NCBI GenBank assembly: GCA_030248215.1
Contig: JASANG010002574.1
Span: 124,001 to 188,000 of the forward strand
Source: Enoplolaimus lenunculus
Lineage: Eukaryota
Length of the DNA: 64,000 bases
Reading direction: 5' to 3'
Position numbers and translations under genes: made by a program. Shown piece after piece: positions 13,454 through 64,000 of the stretch. Position 1 is the first letter of the stretch, and each line of letters starts with the position of its first letter. The notes beneath the pieces are model-generated. The model made no database searches and was not told the DNA's origin. It worked only from the letters and a program-made list of their open reading frames with translations.

Positions 13454-13756
13454 TTACGCGGACTCGCATAGGGGCCAATGTATAGAACAAGGCCGGAACA
13501 GTAGTACAACCATATTCCTAAGCCTAAAACCAAAGCGTTTAGATGAGCCCATTTCTAACGCCTAAGCAAAAAAATTAGCCTAAACTTAAACCGATAGTTG
13601 TTCAAAGATACGAACGCACGCTGGTGCGATGCCTCACGTGTGCAACACTCACAACACGAGAACATAGCTGTGTGGCTGCGCAAGTGAATAAAGGACCGCA
13701 AAGTATGGAACAAGTGAAACCCATTCGCCCTTCAACTTCGCAGTAAAACGCAATAT

Positions 13757-13762
13757 TTTATT
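13757..13762 (-). promoter_or_regulatory. Candidate polyadenylation signal AATAAA for CHD1
   Basis: AATAAA on - about 380 nt downstream of the stop codon. Confidence 0.4.
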
Positions 13763-14144
13763 GAAGAAACAAACTATAACACAATATAACCTTCAAATTC
13801 ACGAACTCAAATCTCAAACACAAGTCTTTAATTAAAATATAGTATGTAATCTACATGAGCATCGAATTACGCATTTTAACTCTCGCTTACGGTAAAAGTT
13901 TTTAGCGTTCAGCGATAATAGACACACTCCATCACTTTTTGCTTGACCGAAATGCATAAGTCACATGTCAACCTGGACAAACATTAAAAATCATTTGTAA
14001 TGATAGTATAACAGAAATACTTCAAAATATCCGCATATTTTGCTTAATACAAAGACCCCTGCTATTCGCAACAAGACTGTGACGAACAAAACAACGACAT
14101 TTAACTCAAATGTCACACCCAAATGCATAATAAATATAGCTACA

Positions 14145-58594
<44,450 letters not shown>

Positions 58595-59339
58595 TGCAGA
58601 AACTCTCTAAATCAAGTACTATATCATTACCAGAATGTACTTTTTTAACAACTTGCGCTTGCATTTGTGCTATGCTTTGAAATATCCTTGACGAAAAGCC
58701 AATTTATAGGCAGTTTCATATAAGGTTCAGTTTTACGAATTTCATACCAAAAAAACCAAGAACCTAGCGAATGAAAGTGAAACAACCTTGAACTCCTGTA
58801 AGCAATCATCATTGGTTTTTAGTCATATTTGTACATTGAATTTCGTGTGTTTAAAAATATATTTGAGAAAAGGCCATCGGAAAGGAAGGCCCATAAAATG
58901 CGTATAGCACCTATCATCAATTAGCGATAGGTTTTCAAACTGACGAACATCTGCAGTTGCAGTTGTGAAAATTGGTACAAAAGTAGGACCAATCAAACGC
59001 GAATAGTGTGCTGAATTTTGAACCTCACCATGCGCTGGTTCCAAAGTTACAGAACCTATCATCAACTGGTGATAGGTCCTATTACACGTTTCAGAATTCG
59101 GCTTTAACGTAGTAGGTACCATTAAAGTTTCGAAATCGCATATTTTACTTGAATGCTCACTTCTTATTTTGCGCGCGGAAATTACGTAATTGTCTTGCTC
59201 CTGCCATTTCATGTGAAATTTGTTAGAATTTTGGAGTTTTCATACAAGTGATATTCGCTTTAAAGAATGTTCTGTGACAAAAGCTACGACCCATGTAAAA
59301 GATCAGGGGCCCGCACTTCGCTTAACCAGAACATCGCAT

Positions 59340-59600
59340 GCATACAAACCGGGGCCTACCGTTCATTGAAAAATTTGCACTTGTTCATAAAATTAAGCGA
59401 AGCGAAACTCAGAGCGAAGTTCAGAGTTTCGCGAAGCGTTTTATGCTATGTACACTTTGGTTGAAAGGTGGATGTCCGTCCGTCTGTCCGTCTATCCGTC
59501 TGTCCGTCCGAAAAGAATCTCAGGAACGGCTGAACCGATTTTGATAAACTTTTTTTGTTTGAAATCCAATCATCATGGGGTGTTGACCTCGCATTGGGGG
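59340..59600. mobile_element. Helitron/Helentron-like (DINE-1-like) non-autonomous fragment
   Basis: Short hairpin (GCGAAACTC...GAGTTTCGC), a (GTCC/GTCT)n microsatellite, then AACGGCTGAACCGATTTTGAT; boundaries approximate. Confidence 0.55.
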
Positions 59601-59902
59601 TTGAAATTTTAAGCCGTTTATAACCTGCAGGCTAATTTGCATAATTAATTAAGCCTAAATTAGGACTCTAATTTCAGCATTAAAGAGTTTTTGGGTGCTA
59701 GGAAGCTGCATAGACTGTTTACAAACCTCCAAAATCGATAATTGAGTAGTTAGCTAACAGAAATTTGCAAGCAAAAAAGCCAAAAAGTTCCCCCCCCCCC
59801 CCCGCACACACCCCCCACCCACGGCCCCCCCCCCCCCCCCCCGGAAACCCCCCCCCCCCAAAACATACACACATATACATATTATATATATACACATATA
59901 TA

Positions 59903-60350
59903 TCTGTCCCATCTGTCCCAAGTGTCCCACCTGTTTCATCCTTCCCACCTGTCCCATCTGTCCCAACTATCCCATCGGTCCCAACTGTCCCATTTGTCCC
60001 AACTGTCCCATCTGTCCCAACTGTCACATCTGTCCAACTGTCCCATCTGTCCCAACTGTCCCAACTGTCAAATCTGTCCCAACTGTCCCATCTGTCACAT
60101 CTGTCCAACTGTCCCATCTGTCCCAACTGTCCCAACTGTCCCATTTGTCCCAACTATCCCATCTGTCCCAGCTGTCCCATTTGTCCCAACTGTCCCATCT
60201 GTCCAACATGTCCCATTGTCCAACTGTCCCATCAGTCCCAACTGTCCCATCTGTCCCTTGTGTCCCAACTGTCCCATCTGGCCCAGCTGTCCCAACTGTC
60301 CCTTCTGTCCCACTGTCTCATCTATACCAACTGTCCCGCTGTCCCAATTA
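59903..60350. repeat. (CTGTCCCAA/CTGTCCCAT)n 9-bp-unit satellite; opposite-strand relatives at 10838-11002 and 12321-12445
   Basis: Direct inspection; explains the spurious repetitive ORFs at 59719-60524. Confidence 0.92.
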
Positions 60351-60772
60351 TATTTTTGGAATGTACTCCTGGTACATTGCTGTCCCGGAGAAAATGGGAC
60401 GGGTTCTCCTGGTACATTTCTGTCCAGGGATAATGGGACGGCCTTTAAAGTAACATTGGTCATGACTTGTGTCCTGAAATGCGTACAGCACCTATTACCA
60501 GTTTATTTTAGCGTTGTATTGTAACAAATTGTCGAACGATATTGGAGTTGTTGATCCGAAATTTTAGCACAAGAAAATGTTCGGAATCTCGATGCTCACC
60601 ATTGCAGCAGGGTTGCGCAATAAAAAGCCAACGGAAAATCTGTTGTTCGCAAAAAAGTGGAAAACGAAAAACATGGAAAAAATTATTTTCGGAAAAATAC
60701 TAATTTTTGCAAGCAAAGCTTGTGTTACAGTGTCAAAACGTAGCAGAAAACTGTAATAAATGCTAATTTATA

Positions 60773-60985
60773 CACTGCAAAAAATGGTGAGTCAAATTGA
60801 CCTTCTCCGAAATAGGCTTTACAGGACTAAGTATACAAACTGAGTCAAATTCGACTCCACGAGAGTCAAATTCGACTCACTGAATCGCACGTTTGACTCT
60901 GGCGGAGTCGAATTTGACTCAGTTTGTGTAGTACTGTAGAGCATATTTTGGAGAGAGTCAATTTGACTCGCTATTTTTTGCAGTG
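60773..60985. mobile_element. Palindromic MITE family A, second full copy
   Basis: Same TIRs and TA flanks as 1492-1689. Confidence 0.9.
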
Positions 60986-62758
60986 TATATATGCTTGAAA
61001 TTGTGCCTAGAATACCTGCTTGATTAGATAAATATACCAGACGTTTTTGCTACTCGTGTTCACTGTAGTTATGATGAATGCGAACTAAAAACCAGATATA
61101 AAATTTAATGTTGCCTCATTCCTAATTTTATATTCAACATGATTTCTCTGTAAAAACACTCTACTTAAAATACTTTAGTTATACATTTTACTAACTATTT
61201 TAAGTGTACTAAATATCGAGTAACTCTTTGCTTAAATAATAAATAAGTAAAACTACACATTTCCTGATTAATTAAGTAAATGTACGTATTAAAGCTAAGA
61301 ATTTTGTGTTTGCTTAAACATTAAATAAACCTTTGTCAAGGACCATAATAAGTGAAACCGACCCTTAATTCGTCAACAATTTTATTTAATTTTATGTATA
61401 GTTTTAGTGAGTTGCTGTCCCAACAACTGCCAACATTACCATGCAGTGTAACTCAAATTTCAAACAAAACTTCACTATAAATTTCAACGAGTTGATTTTA
61501 ACTCAGAATATATAAAGTTGAATCCATTCCGAGGTCTGAGCTTTGGATTAGCTCTTTCAGAACTCAAAAATCTGAATTGTTTGAATTCATTCTAAGTTAA
61601 TTAATCATCCATAACTCAGATTTAAAGCAGCTCAGAGTGAGATAATATTTACTGTTATTAAAATTCAGAAATTATCAGAAATAGCGAATTCTTTCTCTGA
61701 TTTAATTAATGAACTCATTGGAATTTACTGTGTTTTGATTAAATTCATGTATTAATATTGAAACTACAAATCCTAATACTTAGCACCTTTTTTGCCGAAA
61801 TCAAACCTACAAGTCTGTAGCCAGTCAGGTTTGGATATGCCTTTTTTTAATATTCAGACACTTTTGCGATGTATTGACGATTTTTTGTCAATTTGTCCAT
61901 TCTTCCGGAGGATTCGGCAAAAACCAACCCTGGTATTCAGGGATGCTAACCAATACTGCAAAATACGGGTACCGATACGGGTATATGGATACCGATACGA
62001 TACAATACTCACGGACACCGGCCAATGTTAAAACTGTGGCCAAAGTAAAGAACATGGGCGGAAGCCTAATGCGGGGTTCACGTTATAACCGAGGCAGGCG
62101 GAACACGGTTTGTCCCATGTTGATTCGTCGTCAATGTTAAAATTCGGGCTCTTATGTCGGGTCAACAGACAAAACTCGAATGTCATATGACATTTACTTA
62201 CAAACCACCGCTCTCAAACGATCAATGTATACAAGCGACGGTATGTCACGAGATACTGTGGGACATTTATGCGAATATCATATGATATTCCAAAATTTCA
62301 ACGAATATCATATGATATTCAGCCGAACGAACCCTTGGCACAAAAAAAAAAAAAAAACCCCCCTTCCAAAATTTCAACGAATATCATGGGCGGAAGCCTA
62401 AGCCTAAAAGCTTAAGCGTAAGAATGACCATATTCCTACGCCTAAGCCTAAGCCTAAGCCTAAGCCAATCGAAAAAATAGTCTAAAGATTAATCTTACCC
62501 TATTGCAGTCGCACAGAAAAACTTTCGCCCCTGATCTTTACATGGGCCATAACTTTCATTGTCCATTACTGTAGATTAAGCATATTTCTAAGCCGTAAAT
62601 CCTTTTGCATAAGCGTTGAAAAAAGTGTAAATTAGAAGCCTTGTATTTTGTTTTACAGCAAGCGCTACTTTGAAACAAATGTCTGCAACCATCTATAATT
62701 GCGTTTAATAGGGTATCATAAGTCTATTATGGCAAACAATAAATCATTTTTTAAACTA

Positions 62759-62874
62759 AGGGATGCGCAATACTTTTGTTGACGAGCGGCGTCGTAAGGG
62801 TGACAGACGGCGATGGACGGTACCGTGCAGGTGACGGACGGCGCTGCTCGTCAACAAAAGTATAGTGCAACCCT
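62759..62874. mobile_element. Short palindromic MITE family C
   Basis: AGGGATGCGCAATACTTTTGTTGACGAGC...GCTCGTCAACAAAAGTATAGTGCAACCCT flanked by TA; relatives near 9399-9717, 10325, 18990, 36207-36340 and 53630-53757. Confidence 0.75.
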
Positions 62875-63018
62875 TACACTCAAATATTTGTTTTCCGTTT
62901 TAATATTAACTAGTAATCCGTAGTTGCACACATGTGCAGCTTGCCTATTATACTGTGTTTTGGCCTATGTTCAAGAGTATTTGTTTTTAAGCAAGTCTTG
63001 CCTAAGATTTGAAGCTTA

Positions 63019-63843
63019 TGCGGGGTTCACGTTATAAATGGTGCAGCTGGGCCACGTTTTGTCACGTTGTATATATTGGGTAACATTTTGTCTGCGATGT
63101 AACCCAATATGATATTCAAAAAACAGTGGTTGTCTGCTAACATCACGTATCGGTCACGTATTCCCTACGTTGTCTGTCAATATCATATGATCATTTTGAA
63201 AATGTCTACTGATTCAGTTGCATAACTAGGTTTGGAATATCATATGATACTAATCGACATGTGCTTGGTGGGAAACTCAAATTTTGGCGGGAAATTCAAA
63301 TTTTGGCGGGAAATTCAAATGTTGGCGGGAAATTTAAATTTTAGCGGCAAATTCAAATTTACACGGGAAAATTCAAAATTTGGCGGGAAATTCACATTTT
63401 GGCGGGAAATTCAAATTTTGGCGGAAATTCAAATTTTGGCGGGAAAATTCAAATTTTGGTTGAAAATTCAAATTTTGGCGGGAAATTCAAATTCAGGTGG
63501 GAAAATTCAAATTTTGGCGGGAAAATCAAATCTTTTGGGAAATACAAATTTCGGCGGGAAATTAAAAATTTGGCGGGAAAATTCAAATTTTGGCAGGAAA
63601 ATTCGAATTTGGGAGGGAATATTCAAAATTTTAGCAGATTGTATACGTCTTAAACTACATAATGGAATATCATATGATACTCCAAATCCGTCTTTGAATA
63701 TCATATCATAAATGAGCAATATCATATGATATTCGACTTTTGTCTGTCCGTATCATATGATGGTAACAAAAATTTATGTTGATGTCGAATCAACATGTGG
63801 CAAAACGTGACCCGACTGCCCCAGTTATAACGTGAACCCCGCA
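63019..63843. mobile_element. PIF/Harbinger-like MITE (TTA TSD) carrying a minisatellite
   Basis: TTA-TGCGGGGTTCACGTTATAA...TTATAACGTGAACCCCGCA-TTA (perfect 19-bp TIR). Confidence 0.9.
63270..63632. repeat. Minisatellite, ~18 copies of 19-20 bp TTTTGGCGGGAAATTCAAA
   Basis: Directly visible tandem array. Confidence 0.92.
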
Positions 63844-64000
63844 TTATTTGACACCTCAAACCACCAATTTATCATTTTAATGTATACGGGGTCCTTGGCT
63901 CGGTGCTGCATCCATTCCTAATAAAGGAAGGATTTAACCCGGATTCACTTCTGTAGTGGAAAATACAGTTCGCAACTTGAGCATAGCTATAGACAACATA

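Noticed and set aside
58823..59212. 129-aa ORF upstream of CHD1
   Set aside because: No recognisable domain or splice support.
59719..60524. Several long Cys/Pro or VGT-repeat ORFs
   Set aside because: They are translations of a stop-free 9-bp satellite in many frames, not genes.
62053..62401. 17-bp direct repeat CATGGGCGGAAGCCTAA around a truncated Harbinger-like MITE, suggesting a long TSD
   Set aside because: The right TIR is missing and an A-run/C-run patch lies at the junction, so an assembly join or deletion is more likely.
63232..63725. ORFs of 72-159 aa
   Set aside because: They are translations of the 19-20 bp minisatellite inside a MITE.

Overview
AT-rich, repeat-dense animal genomic DNA with GT-AG introns. 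It is probably from a nematode (inferred from TTAGGC repeats, TTTTCAG/TTTTAG acceptors and the GPCR type). There are two convergent protein-coding genes. (1) A two-exon peptide-receptor-like class A GPCR on + (5163-8031) ends in a microsatellite-encoded poly-Asn tail. (2) A complete ~35-exon CHD1/CHD2-type chromatin remodeller on - (58594 to 14145, ~2,550 aa) has a double chromodomain, SNF2 ATPase, SANT-SLIDE DNA-binding domain, CHCT/DUF4208 and long low-complexity tails. I traced its exons by hand with matching intron phases. The main anomaly is at 18154-19426, between the DNA-binding domain and CHCT, where the reading frame breaks. One +1 shift is hard to avoid, three are needed if the long exon 29 is used, and each lies beside an A-run and just before a stop. 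This is either a local homopolymer assembly error or recoding/unusual splicing. The rest is a nested collection of DNA transposons: a decayed 3.7-kb pogo-type element, a hAT transposase relic, and MITE families with TA, TTA, TTAA and 8-bp target duplications. There are also satellites and a ~410-bp-arm intronic inverted repeat. No rRNA, genuine tRNA or CRISPR array was seen.
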